A stretch of DNA of 64,000 bases from Chiloscyllium plagiosum. Its lineage: Eukaryota. The notes under the pieces were generated by a model that had not been told where the DNA came from, searched no databases, and saw only the letters and a program-made list of their open reading frames with translations. Each line of letters begins with the position of its first letter. Within the stretch, counting starts at the first letter, position 1. Below, in pieces: positions 50,463 to 63,367 of this stretch. The DNA lies in contig NC_057752.1 of the NCBI RefSeq assembly GCF_004010195.1, positions 2,978,222 to 3,042,221 of the forward strand, given 5' to 3'. The position numbers were made by a program, and so were the translations under genes.

Positions 50463-51624
50463 CCTGACATTAACTGTGTAAGTCCTGCCCTGGTTTGCCT
50501 TACCAAAATACAACACCTCACATTTATCTAAATTTAACTCCATCTGCCACTTTTTTGTACACAATAGGTCATCAGATTTTTCTTCCTGACAATTGGCAAT
50601 GGTCATCATTAGTCTCTTGATTCCAGATTTTTTAATTGAATTCAAATTCCGCCATCTGAAATGGTGAGGTTCAAACCAATGTCTCTGGAACATTACCCAG
50701 GTCCCTGGATTAATCATCTGGCAATAATGCCAGCAGGGCATCATCTCCCCATGACCATAGTCTCTCCACACCATTGATAACGCAATTCAGTAATTCTTCA
50801 CTGGAATCCTGTTACAGGAGAATGGCCTCTATGTCCACTTGCTAGCCTCTGGTTCTGTGTTGTTGGTACGTAGGGGATAATTTCAAGTTGCCTGACCTGG
50901 CAGGAAACCGATTGCATCGGGGCATCCCATTTTTACCCCGTATTAAATTTAGTTTCTGCTGAAGCTCAAGTGATAAACCTGTCTAGATCCTCAACAGCTG
51001 ATGCATGGGAAAATCCGTTTTTATTTAACCAGGCTTCTGAGCAGAGAGAATCGGGCAAATTCACTTTGGGATGCCTGTTGGCAGCACAAGACCAATTTGC
51101 ATTGGCAGCCAGTAAGCAATGGCACAGGTCTGGAGGAACATAAGAGCAACTCACACCTGGCACCCGTAGCTGGGGCACTGCCAGACCTGGCTCACAGGCT
51201 AATTTAGGCGTTGGATGATCACTTCAAGGCACCTTATACCATATCAAAGAAGTGCTAATAAGATCCACATGCGCCAACCCGAGTTTAGGAAGTGCTCACT
51301 CAGCAAGAGATTTGCAAACCAATACCAGTTTTGCCAAAATTCTGAAAACGTAAGATGACCGGAATCGTAGCAAATAGAGGTCATTTCTGTTAACGTCAAT
51401 CAAAAGACAAGAGTCAAGTAGAGATTCATACACAATTACATGAAAGATCCTGAATCTCAAAACGGTGTGCATCTTGCAGAAAACACATGATTGATCCCTT
51501 AATATTCTTGATCCCACATAATGAATGCGTTTTGTCAGGTTTCACAGGCTGTTCCCTTCAGACGTGTCAGGGGATCACTGAATATTAAAAAACTGAACTC
51601 CAAATTTGTACAAGCCAGCCAACG

Positions 51625-52260
51625 TTTGCCTTTATTGGTCAGTGCGTTGAGTATAGGAGTTGAGATGTCATGTTGCCAAAGGTCAGGACATTGGTGAGGC
51701 CACTTTTGGAATACTGCGTTCAATTCTCATCTCCCTCCTATAGGAAAAATGTTGTTCAACTTGAAAGGGTTCAGAAAAGATTAACAAAGATGTTGCCAGG
51801 ACTGGAGAGTTTGAGCTGCAGTTTCAGCTGCAGCTGAACTCAAGCTGCATTCAGTTTGAGAGGCTGAATAGGCTGGGGCTGTTTTCCCTGGAGCTTTGGA
51901 GGCTGAGGGATGACCTTATAGAGGTTTATAAAATCATGAGGGGGACGGATAGCGTAAATAGACAAGGTCTTTTCCCTGGGGGTGGGGGAATCCAGAACTA
52001 GGGGGCATAGGTTTAAGGTCAGAGGGGGCATAAGGGGCAACTTTTTCACACAGAGGGTGGTGTGTGTATGGAATGACCTGCCAGAGGAAGTGGTGGAGGC
52101 TGGTACAATTACAACATTCAAAAGGCATCTGGATGGGTAAAAAATAGGGAAGGGTTTACAGGTATATGGACCAAATGCTGGCATGTGGGACTAGATTTAT
52201 TTAGGATATCTGCTCGGCATGCACAAGTTGGACTGAAAGGTCTATTTCCATCCTGTAGAT
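51625..52260 (+). mobile_element. CR1 LINE 3' fragment
   Basis: Homologous to 49590-50190, with frameshifts. Confidence 0.85.
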
Positions 52261-52399
52261 CCTGTTGAAAAGAAATAGATGAATATAGCTGGCAGGTGCT
52301 GCCAGGAAAAGGGGTCAGATGTGCAAAATGATAGGGTGGCATCATACTCTTTTTGATAGCTGGCAGTGTGGAAGAAATGGCTGTGAGATGGTACCCCAA

Positions 52400-53060
52400 T
52401 GATTATACTCTTCAATTTCTCTCTTTCTTCCTTTTCCTGATTTACAGTTTCTCTGCAATGTTGCTCGTATGCTTGATCGAGAAAATCAATGCAAAATGCC
52501 TGTTCAAACCATCTGCCATGCCCCTGTTTTTCATTAGTCATTCCCCGTGACTCACTTTCTACAGGACCAATGCTCACTTTCATTTTTTGAAAATCTATTG
52601 AAACTATCTGTTTTGATATTTCTAGCTAGCTTTCACTCCTGCACTAATTTTTTTCCTTAATGACCTTCTCGCTATTCCTTTCTGTTTTCTATTTTCAGTC
52701 CTATCTGCTAATCTTTGTGCAATTATATGTTCTTGTTTTAAGTTTCATACAATCTTTAACTTTTATGGTGAGCCACAAATTGTGCTTCTGCCCCTTGGAA
52801 TTTTTCTTGTTGGAATGTGTGTATTACGGAATATGTCCACCACTGCATCTCTATTGACCTATCCCTTAACATGGTTTGCCAGTTCACTTTATCTGTTTTC
52901 ATGCTTTCATAATTGCTCTTATTTAAGTTTAAAATACTAGTTGTGGACCCATTCTTCTTATCCTCAAACTGAATGTAAAATGCAATCATATTATGATCAC
53001 TGCTCCCTTAAGGTATCTGCGCCATACAATTAATTATTGATTGAATCTCATTGCACAATA
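52400..53060 (-). mobile_element. Degenerate CR1 fragment, similar to 43990-44650
   Basis: The minus ORFs read GPVESESRGMTNEK and SILNLNKSNYESMKTDKVNWQ; shared sequence with the 44 kb copy. Confidence 0.6.
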
Positions 53061-53739
53061 GCTGGTTGGCGCCAGAAAAGTTACCCCAAAACAAAGGTGA
53101 AAATGATGAGCATCACAAGTTGATTTCTTCATTCAATGTACCAGACTGCTCAGCCACAGCCTCAGACAGCAAACTTCTCATCTAAAAAGTTCCCAATCTA
53201 CTTTATCCCATCACAAGTGGAGCAAAGCAGATACCAAACATGGTGCCAAAGGGAATGAGGGAAGAAAATGCAGACATCAAGTGCAGACATGATGGGCCAA
53301 ACAGCCACCTCCTGTGCTGTTACAACTCTGATTCTGGAAATGGTTAATTTTTTTCACACACTTACTTCCAATTCACTGAGGAATGGCTTTGCTGGATGCT
53401 TCCTAGATACATGTGCCTCCTACTAGATGTGGCTGATACACCACAACACTATTGACCTTCTCTGTTCCCCTCTCCCTCTGCGACCAATCATGCATATGTA
53501 GTGACACTGCTGCCAATGACAGCTTGGCACAAGGGGGAACTGTGGGCATGAAACTCATTCTGTTCACTCCATGGCAGTGTTGTTTTCCTAAACCCAGCTG
53601 TGTCATTGGGGTAAAGGTGGCACTGTTGGTGCTCAGAGGGAAGGAGACTGCCAGATTCACCATCTGTCATGGTGCTGCCCAACCAACATCTGTAAAATAG
53701 AGGATCTGGTCATTCCTTGCATGTGTCAGCCAGCACTCA

Positions 53740-53890
53740 GGTCGCACTCTCACCTCTGTGCTGTAAGGTTCCACATTAAAAAATCAGGGCTTGGGCACAA
53801 AAATCGAGGCTGATACTTCAGTATAGCACTGAGAGAACGTGAGACCCTAATAGGTGCGATCTTTCAGAAGAGGAATTAAACTGAGGCACT
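53740..53890 (+). mobile_element. Deu/AmnSINE-like SINE fragment
   Basis: cactctcacctctg...cttgggcacaaaaatcgaggctgatacttcagt...tctttcagaagaggaattaaactgagg; a related minus copy lies at about 3480-3625. Confidence 0.5.
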
Positions 53891-54699
53891 TTGGGAGATC
53901 CTGAGGTTTTGGAAGAAGCAATAAACGCAAGTCTGTGCGTGTCTTTGTTTTATCTCACACAAGTGTCTTAGATGGGGCAGAAGTAGGCCACCCAGCTGCC
54001 TGCATAGTATGCACTGGGCAGAAGAGTTGGAATACATACAGTGAAAAGAATGTCACTGAAAAGAAAGCAGTGAAGAAATCCCACTTGCATTAAACAAGTT
54101 GCCTTAGGAATTCTGACTGATAGGAAACGCTAAGCTACACATCATCTGCTGCTTGGCTAAATGAATTACTCAGGTATGTTTCATCAGTGCTGCAGTGAAT
54201 TGTCAATGTCTTTTCTGGTCACTGATGCACAATGTTATCTGGTAAGTGGAATAAGGACGATGGCAATGACTGAAGACACCGAATGCAGTACGGGACACAA
54301 GCTGCCGATTGAGCAGCTGAAGAGAGCCAGCTGGCTGTAGGTGCAGCAGGGATTAACTGGCACCTGTTTTTGAAGCATCGCCTCTGTTTTGTTCCCGTCC
54401 TGCAGTTTTGTTGCTTTTTCACCAATGCTGTTCAACTAAAACCACTTTGATGCAGACTACCCTGGGCTGAAATTAATTGCGGTTCATCAGAGAATGGAGG
54501 AAGAGAAAAATAAAATGGAACAAAGCCATAAGGAACAACATTAGTGCTTGGCAGCGAGTTATTTATAAGGTGGGGATAGATGGTTGACCAGGGAGTGCTA
54601 TCTGTGACGAAAATAGGGAATATGGGGTGACAAAACAATCTCACGTTGTTTGCAAATCTGGAGTCAATTGATTTTTCACTGGATCTTTGACCAGACATA

Positions 54700-55725
54700 C
54701 CTAAAAATGAGCTGTCAACCCTGGTGAAGCTACCAAACAGGACTACTTGCAAGCCATACAGCATAAGCAGCAAGTGATGGACAGAGCTAAGCAATCCCAC
54801 AACCAACGGATCAGATCTAAGCTCTGCAGTCCTGCCACATCCAGTCGTGAATGGTGGTGAATGATTAAACAACTCACTGGAGGAGGAGGAGGTGTCACAG
54901 ATATCCTCATCCTCAATGATGGAAGAGCCCAACACAGCAGTGCAAAAGATAAGGCTGAGACTTTCACAGCAATTTTCAGCCAGAAGTGCTGAGTGGATGA
55001 TCCATCTCGGCCTCTTCCAATGTTCTCCAGCATTACAGATACCAGTCTCCAGCCAATCCGATTCACTCCATGTGATAACCAGTTTGGGTTCCGCCAGGGC
55101 CACTCAGCTCCTGACTTCATTACAGCCTTGGTTCAAACATGGACAAAAGAGCTGAATTCCAGAGGGGAGGGGAGAGGGACAGCCCTTGACATCAAGGCTG
55201 CATTCGACCGAGTGTGGCATCAAGGAGCCCGAGCAAAACTGGCATCAATGGGTATCGGGGGCAAACTGTTCAGTGGTTGGAGTCCTACCTGGCACAAAGG
55301 AAGATGGTCGTGGTTGTTGGAAGTCAGTCATCTCAGCTCCAGGACATCTCTGGAGGAGTTCCTCAGGGTAATGTCCTCAGCCCAACTATCTTCAGCTGCT
55401 TCATCAGTGACCTTCCCTCCATCATAAGGCCAGAAGTGGGGATATTCGCCAATGAATGCACAATGTTCTGTACCATTTGCAACTCCTCCGATACTGACAA
55501 GTGGCAAGTAACAATGCCAGGCAATTACCATTTCCAGTTAGAGACAATCCCATGACATGCAATAGTGTTGCCATCACTGGAACCCCCACTATTACCGTTG
55601 ACCAGAAACTCAATTGAACCTGCCACATGAACACAGTGGCTACAAGAGCTGGTCAGAGTCTCGGAATACTGTGGCAACTAACTCACCTTCTGACTCCCAA
55701 AACCTGTCCACCATCTACAAGGCAC
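54700..55725 (+). mobile_element. Internally deleted non-LTR (CR1/L2-like) reverse-transcriptase remnant
   Basis: DNQFGFRQGHSAPD...ALDIKAAFDRVWHQG followed, after a frameshift, by GVPQGNVLSPTIFSCFISDLP...IFANEC (decayed F/YADD motif). Confidence 0.8.
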
Positions 55726-56148
55726 ACTCCTTACCACAGAGACTTGTGAGTTCTTGTGTATATTTAAGGCTGAGATAGATTCTTGATCAGTCGGGGAATC
55801 AAGGGTCACAGGAAAAGGACATTAAAGTGGCCGTGATTCTACTGAATGATGGCGTAGGTTCCAGGTGCCTATTTCTTACGGTCTTATGAATGAATAAAAT
55901 AAAGCGACTCTCTCAATTCGGATGGAGTAATTTCAAATCTGGTTTATCCTAACATTTAACATGAATTTTAAATCAAGTGGTTCATAGTGTGTTCCGCATA
56001 TGTTTTTTTTTCTTTGTAGGGTGCACTGGTGACATCTAATTGCCACAACATGGTAGACACTTGCATAATTGACTGGATACGCTAGAACATACAGTAATGA
56101 ACTCTACAGCATGCAGCTTCTAAGACTCTCAGATCAAATAGGTGGTAC

Positions 56149-56302
56149 CTGTTTCACCCCAGACAGGAAGGTAATCATCCTGCTGAATATCCAGCATCAG
56201 TTCCAGACCATTCCCAGTTCCCCCTTTCATCGTTGTCAGGATTGGTTGGTCTTTAGTCTGCCCGGAGTTAAAAGTGTAGCACTTGCCATACCTCGTAAAC
56301 AC
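56149..56302 (-). CDS. asic1: ASIC1-group acid-sensing ion channel, internal coding exon ([14 protein letters not shown]...[14 protein letters not shown])
   Basis: The translation matches the DEG/ENaC ASIC motifs [11 protein letters not shown] and [15 protein letters not shown]. Acceptor ...ccctgcAG|GTG and donor ACA G|GTacc give 154 bp, phase 0 to phase 1. The paralogue (asic1 or asic1c-like) is not resolved. Confidence 0.95.
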
Positions 56303-59300
56303 CTGCAGGGAACACAACGGCTCGCATTAGACTTTGGAACAGCACACAGTTTACAAAACTGCACACAAAAATGTACGCAGTCGAGCTTCTGAAATGGCAA
56401 AACTCTTTGGCTATTTTAAAAAGTGAAAAAAAAAACGTTGACATTTGACATCGCCCAGACTACTGCAACAGTTCTGTGGGAGGGCCACATTATCCTGGGA
56501 GCTGTCTGTCAGATTTCCCATGATGTTGCCTGGTGTTATGATGAGGAAGGTGAAAACGATAGTAACCCACTGTTGGGACTCAGATAATACAACAATATTA
56601 CTCTCGATGGTTATGGTACCATTCAAACTATTGGGATTAAAATATTAGCCTGGAAATCTCCCTTCTAACTATCTCTTTGTCCATTCACCATGTAATTCAC
56701 ATCATTGCATTTAAAAAGAGCTTTGGGGCCATTTAAGATACCTAATGTTTTCTGTCATGGTTGCTGCAAATAAGTGGAATTCCTGGACTTCACATGAATG
56801 CTTAAAGACTCCCCTCCTAAGGGATCCAAGATGCAGAGCTAGCCCACGGCTGAGCTATGTTTGATGATGGTCCAGAATGGTAAGTGAGTTAGTGAGAACT
56901 AGAGGTGTGCTCCCATTCCCCCCATCCCTGTGCTCCAAACTCTTTCTAATCTAACTTTGCATCTAATCGTACTGGGCTCTGCTCCCTATCCACACCCCAC
57001 CCCATACTCACATGTGCTCTCACAACACTCCTACTTCCCAAGTACTTTCCTTTGGTTCCTACTGTGCCCAGGCTCCTGTCGAGGGTAAAGCAGACTTAGC
57101 AGTGAGAAGCGGGCACAGCAGTCTCATTCATATCTGTAAGGAAATGCCCATTTTCTAAAAAATAAGTTTCCAGAAAACACTATTCAAATGCGATACTTTC
57201 AGGGGTTGGTTGCTGAGGTCGGAGATCGATGCTTGCAAGGTCTAACCCTGTAAATAAATACACAGCTGTGTGTAGTTCCCGACTTCAGTTCCATCCTTCA
57301 CCAACTGGCTTTCTGGATTACAACATGCATGAATTGAGGAGTGATATCGTCACTAACTGTCCTCATGAGTCATACCAAACCTGATCCCTCATAATGACCA
57401 GAACTTGTCTATTTCTCTGGCCTTCAAAGCATGAACATTCTTCACTACCAGCATCAAAAAAAAATCCTTGTACATTTTCTGTTGTTTAGACAGGCGGTTA
57501 ATCCAAGGCATGATGCACGGATAGCTCAAAAATTGAATACTTAATTTCCTTAGTTTCACTAGGAATGTCCTGACAAGAAAACGTTACCACCTTATGTCAA
57601 TGCTACATTTCTCTCCCTTCAATGCTTTTGTAACTGGATTGACAAGTTTTACTTGGAGCCTGTGAGAAGGGTGAGCTGATGGGGAAATTGTGAATGGTTT
57701 GAGAGGAACCGCACAGCTCTGCTGCCAGCAGCAATAAGCTTCCGACTGCATTTGCTTTAGACTGCAGTGAGTGCATTTACCATAAGATTCCTCAGTCCAA
57801 TGGTCTAAGCAAGCTGGACAAATTTATTTCAAACCATTAACATAATTGTGATCAAAATATGTAACTAGCCTTGTTAAGAACAGTTTCATGTTGCTAAGTA
57901 ACTCTCAGTGACTGGTTGTTATCAATAATGATTTCCTATATACCTGTATTCACCTTTGCTAACTGATACTAATATCAACAACTTGCCTTTTACAGTATCT
58001 TTAATGTAGTAAAACAGTCCCAAGGTGCTTTGCAGGAGCAACTGTCAAACAAAACTTGACACGTAAAGAGATATAAGGTAATGGGCTGCTCTCTTATTAG
58101 AGAGAGCTGACTGGCGGTAGTTTAACCTGAGGGTCACCACAACGCAGTCAGAGGGGAGAGGTTGAGATAAAGAATCCACATAAAGGGATTTGTGAACAGC
58201 TGCCCAAACCTTGGTGTGAAACACAGGTCAGAAGGAGGCTGTTAAAGAGCGGGGGGAGAGAAAGAGAAGTGGAAAGGTTTTGAGATAGAATTCCAAAGCT
58301 GAAAGTCAAGATGGTTGAAGGTTCAGTTATAGCAAGAGTGATTAAAATTAGGATGCACGAGAGACCAAAGCTGGAGAAGAACTGATATCTCAGAGAGTTG
58401 TGGGACTGGAGGAGGTTACAGAGATAGGGAGGAGGTGAGGGGGATCGGAAAACAATGTTGATCATTTTAAAATTAAGGTATTGTTGTAGTGCAGTCATTT
58501 CAAGCTTCCTATCAAAATGGCACTTAAACCCTTGTAATTATTTTGAACCAATCTTCCAGACACAATGTGACACACTACTCAAACAGGCGAGGCTCGAACC
58601 CGGGTCTTCTACCTCCTAGAGGCAGGGACAGTTTACAGCACCACTAGTACCCTTGTGGAGCCAACACACAGGCGAAATTAATTGAAAAATCACTCACTTC
58701 GCACGATAAGTGGATCATTGAAAGAGGCAGTTCTTGCATGAGCAAATTAAATTTGACGTACTCAAGATCTCTGCCAGTCGCTGTAGCTCGGGGAGAAGGG
58801 ACAAGATCAAATGCAACTATCAAATGTAAGAGAAATGAACGTTCAGAAACTGGGCGCCTTTCTGCATTCCAGCAGTCAGTCGTGCCCCAGTGGTTCACGA
58901 AAAATTATTTGACTTAATGATAAATGAAACCAAAAGTCAAACCTCATCCCAGACTATTATCAGTCAAATACACTTAAAAAGGGGATGGACAGAACTCTTG
59001 ATATTAATGCATCTGGAATGGGTGTTCTTGTTAATCCATCTCAAACACTTATTATCCATTGTTTAAAGGCAGAACTTAAAGTGGCAGTGCTCTGATGGCT
59101 CAGACTTTAAAGGCCATGGGCTCTACTCACACATAAGTTACTGCTTGCTCAGGTGGTTAGGAATGTTTTCATTTGACCCAGTGTCACAAAAATGGAAGCT
59201 AATCTGATCCATCTGCACAGAATTAAGACTAAATGGAAAGTAACCAGGGCACCTTTAAACTCTTCCGATTTCTGGCTACACTGAAAACTCTGCACAGCCC

Positions 59301-59584
59301 TGAGCGTGAGGAGGACAGAGCTTTGCACAGGTATATTTAAGACATGTACACACTTTGTTGCCAATCAGTTGAATGCAGGCAAAATGTTTAAATTATTCGC
59401 TTTTGTAGCACAGAAGAATATTTCACCCATTTGACATTGACATCAAATCAACTGCTTCAGATCTTAAGAAAATGCCTCACAGCTTTATGGTAAATGTCAA
59501 TGCGATTAACTTACTTTTTTCTCCTCAGAACTGCATCCCCCCACCCCTCCATTCCTCTCTGAAGGTATTGTGATAGTCTGATGC

Positions 59585-59860
59585 TATTGTGGATAACACT
59601 GACAGTGTCAGCGACCCAGGTTCGATTGCATGCTCAGGTGACTGTCTATTTGGAGTTTGCACGTTCTCCCTGTATGGGTTTCCTCCACGTGCCTCAGTTT
59701 CCTCCCACAGTCACAAAGATGTGCAGGTGAGGTGGGTTAGCCATGGTGAAAAAACCTTGTACAGGTTTACAGGGATGGAGTGGGTCTGGGTGGGATGCTC
59801 TTCGCAAGTTTGGTGCACACTCAATGGGCCAAATGGCCTTTTTCTGCACTGTAGGGATTA
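59585..59860 (+). mobile_element. HE1-type V-SINE, degenerate
   Basis: gacccaggttcgattg...ggagtttgcacgttctccc...cactgtagggatt. Confidence 0.75.
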
Positions 59861-60173
59861 CACATGGACAAGAAAAGTGGGTTTCTCCTCTGTTTCTTTG
59901 CAAATTTGGAATATAGCTTCAGCTTGTTCACTGCAAAATATGTGCTCACTATCCAAGCAAATGGAGATACTGCCCTGGAAAAGTCTGTCAGGGAAAAGGT
60001 CAAACTCGATCTCCTGATACTTTGTTCCACACGCAGAAAACACATTTGTTTTTAAAGTCAAGGAGTAACTGAACACATCTGTCCCTTGAGGACGCAAGTC
60101 CCAAAATGGTCAATAATTGTCCGTATTCACTGTGGCGACCCATCAGCCTCAATTTTGTGCTCAAGTCTCTGGA

Positions 60174-60524
60174 ATCATAGAAACTCTGTAGTGGGGAAAC
60201 AGGCCATTCAGCCCATTGAATTCATACTGACCCTCTGAACATCATCCCACCCAATCCCTGTAACCCTGTATTTCCCATGGCTTACCCACCTAGCCTGCTC
60301 ATCCCTGGACACTATGGCACAATTTATCACGACCCATCCATCCTAACCTGTACAGCTTTGCACTGTGGGAGGAAACTGGAGTTTCCAAAAGAAACCCAGC
60401 AGACACAGGGAGAACATGCCAGCTCTGCACAGACAGTCACCTGAGGCTGGAATTGAACCTGGGTCCCTGGTACTGTGAGGCAGCAGTGCTAACCACTGAG
60501 GCACCATGTCACCCTCTCCCCTTA
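60174..60524 (-). mobile_element. HE1-type V-SINE nested in an older Deu/AmnSINE-like SINE
   Basis: HE1 homology; TCTGGA duplicated at 60168-60173 and 60525-60530. The host sequence continues on both sides (ttttgtgctcaagtc...ttgagacttaaacctacaat). Confidence 0.8.
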
Positions 60525-61748
60525 TCTGGATTGAGACTTAAACCTACAATTTCGGAACCAGAGAAAGAGTTCTACCAACTGAGCTACAGCTAATATCTTG
60601 GCTCCATAAACCATATATGAGGTACGTAGTTTAATATATTGGCCAGTTCTGTAGCAAAGACATTGTCCTTTCTTGCTATTTTCATCACTGCATATTTTCT
60701 CCAGAGATGGGCCACACAATGGAGCAGAGTAACGTTCAGACTCCTCCTGCAGCTTTTGATAGCTTACCCATCCTTCTCTCTGCTGGGGAGTGCAAAAGGA
60801 GAAAATACGCATTAAAACTAAAGGCAAAACTTTGAAATAAAGACCGGCACATGGATATAAATGAAACGGATGCTGCTCTTTACTCCTTAACCAACTTGAT
60901 TTAACAACCTCCAAAAAAAACCCAACATAATTGGCCAGGTTTTCTCATTTCATTTAACACTGCATAATTGAAAGACTAATTAGAGAGCTGAAATAAATGG
61001 CACTTTAATAAATGTCACATAATGTTCATGGAATCTAAAATATGTAATCTTTTAATAGAATGATACCTCCTAATAACAGGACTGGATAATGTTGTCAAAA
61101 ATAATTACAGCTCATCGAAATATTTTGGAAGGAATCACTAAGAGCCTGGATTCAGCGGTCGCGTAGACTCCTCTGCCTCTGGGACTTGGGCTTGAATCCA
61201 ATCCCATTCCAACAAGACGGGAGGCTGCATGAGCTGCTGATGTCTTAAATGAAATGATTCTTGGCAGCATGGAACTTAAATGCTGTTAAAAGGAGGCATG
61301 AAATGAAAGTTTGTTGTCTTGCAGTCATCAGGACAAAAATGCTAGAAAACCAACTTTGGAAAAAGAACAGAAATAATGAAACGTGAGAAGTTGGGTGCTG
61401 ACTGTTTGACAATACGTGGTGTAGATATTCAGCAGGGAACTGTGAGCTGTTGAGTTAACTGATTAAATTCAAACCAAGCAAGCTGCCTCTGATTGGTCAG
61501 GGCATTGGTATGTGGATGCAGCAAGGGTTAGATGTGATTCCTTGTTGCCAAAAGGAATCTGTGCACACATTGCACCTTTTCTCTCTAAGGAAAGGGCTAT
61601 CGAGTGAGCCAACTGCTGCTGCATTCCTGTGATGAAGGGGCTTATCTATTGAGAAAGGCTGAACAGGTTCGGCCTATAGATGGTTAAGGGGTGATCTGAT
61701 CCAAGTCTTCAAGATATTAACAGGAAAAGGCAAGGTAGATAAAGATAA

Positions 61749-62168
61749 CAGGCTGGGGCTGTTTTCCCTGGAGCGTCGGAGGCTGAGGGGTGACCTGATA
61801 GAGGTTTACAAAATTATGAGGGGCATGGATAGGATAAATAGACAAAGTCTTTTCCCTGAGGTCAGGGAGTCCAGAACTAGAGGGCATGGGTTCAGGGTGA
61901 GAGGGGAAAGATATAATATGAGACCTAAGAGGCAACATTTTCACACAGAGGGTGGTATGTGTATGGAATGAGCTGCCAGAGGAAGTGGTGGAGGCTGGTA
62001 CAATTGCAACATTTAAGAGGCATTTGGATGGGTATATGAATATGAAGGGTTTGGAGGGATATGGGCCAGGTTCTGGCAGGTGGGACTAAATTGGGTTGGG
62101 ATATCTGGTCGGCATGGACGGGTTGGATCAAAGGGTCTGTTTCCATGATGCACATCTCTATGACTCTA
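61749..62168 (+). mobile_element. CR1 3' fragment nested in an older CR1 (about 61630-62480)
   Basis: High similarity to 49795-50211. The host reads ...gtagataaagataa|insert|ataaactatttccac... Confidence 0.8.
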
Positions 62169-63171
62169 TAAACTATTTCCACAGGTTGAGGATTCCAGAA
62201 CTAGGGGCCATAGTCTGAGAATGAGGGCCAGACCGTTCAGGAGAGATGTTCGGAAGCATTTCTACACACAAAAGGTGGGAGGGGTTTGGAACTCTCTTCC
62301 ATAAATGGCAGTGGATGCTGGATCAGTGTTCATGTTACATCTGAGATCAGCAACTTTTTGTTAAGCAAAAGGTATTAAGGGATATGGGCCAAAGACTCAT
62401 TAAGTCAGACCACAAATCAGCCATGATCTTACTGAATGGCAAAACAGACTCAATGGGTTAAATGGTCAACTCTGTTCCGATATCCACTGTATTTTTAGAA
62501 GAATGAGATGTGATTTGATTGAAATATATAAAGTCTGAAAGGGATGAGGAGGGCTCTATACCAGGAGGGTAGTTCCATTTGTTGGACCGCAAGCAGGAGA
62601 GTGGAGCTGAGACCACAACCAGACCGGCCTGACCTTATCAAATGGCTGAACAGCCTGGAGGGGGTCAAGTGGCCTTAACCTGCACCTATATTCCTGACCA
62701 ATCAGAGCCGACTTGGCTGGTTTGAATTCAATCAGTGAACTTAGACAGTTAACAGGTCCTGCTGAATCTCCATGCCAACAGTAGTCAACCCTCTTCAGCA
62801 TAAACTGTTGGTCGCTTTCTGAAGTTGATCTTCTTGTGTTTCAGTCCTGCTGAGGGCAAGACAAAAGCTTCAAAGTCATGTTTCTTTTGAGCAGTGTTCA
62901 AAATGAATCTCAACCTAGGTTACAGTGGACACTAGTTAGAGTCTGTATTTTGCTGCACTAAGTTGTCAATGTTACTCAGAGAGGCCCTGAGGATGACTAG
63001 TGGGGAACATCAAAATCACTCACATCAGAACATTTGTCCATTATTCCACAGGACCTCTCACTACCAGAAACTCCCTTGTCAAGTTCAGCAGGTGTCAACT
63101 AAAATCTCCCCTACCCCACAATACATCTGAGCTCCATTTTCAAAGTCTGACACCATTCTAATTTAATCATG

Positions 63172-63367
63172 ATTTGGAGGTGCCAGTGTTGGACTGGAGT
63201 GTACAAAGTTAAAATTCACACAACACCAGGTTATAATCCAACAGGTTTATTTGGAAGCACTAGCTTTCAAAGCGCTTCTCCTTCAACTGATGAAGGAGCA
63301 GCGCTCTGAACGCGAGTGTTTCTAAATAAACCTGTTGGATTATAACTTGGTGTGTGCGATTTTTAAA
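63172..63367. mobile_element. Palindromic Penelope-like insertion (family 1), 13-bp TSD
   Basis: TAATTTAATCATG at 63159-63171 and 63368-63380. CTGATGA at 63287 is retained, but GAAA is mutated to GAAC. Confidence 0.8.

Noticed and set aside
59858..60097. Minus-strand ORF as a candidate upstream ASIC exon
   Set aside because: No resemblance to ASIC N-terminal exons and no fitting splice donor.
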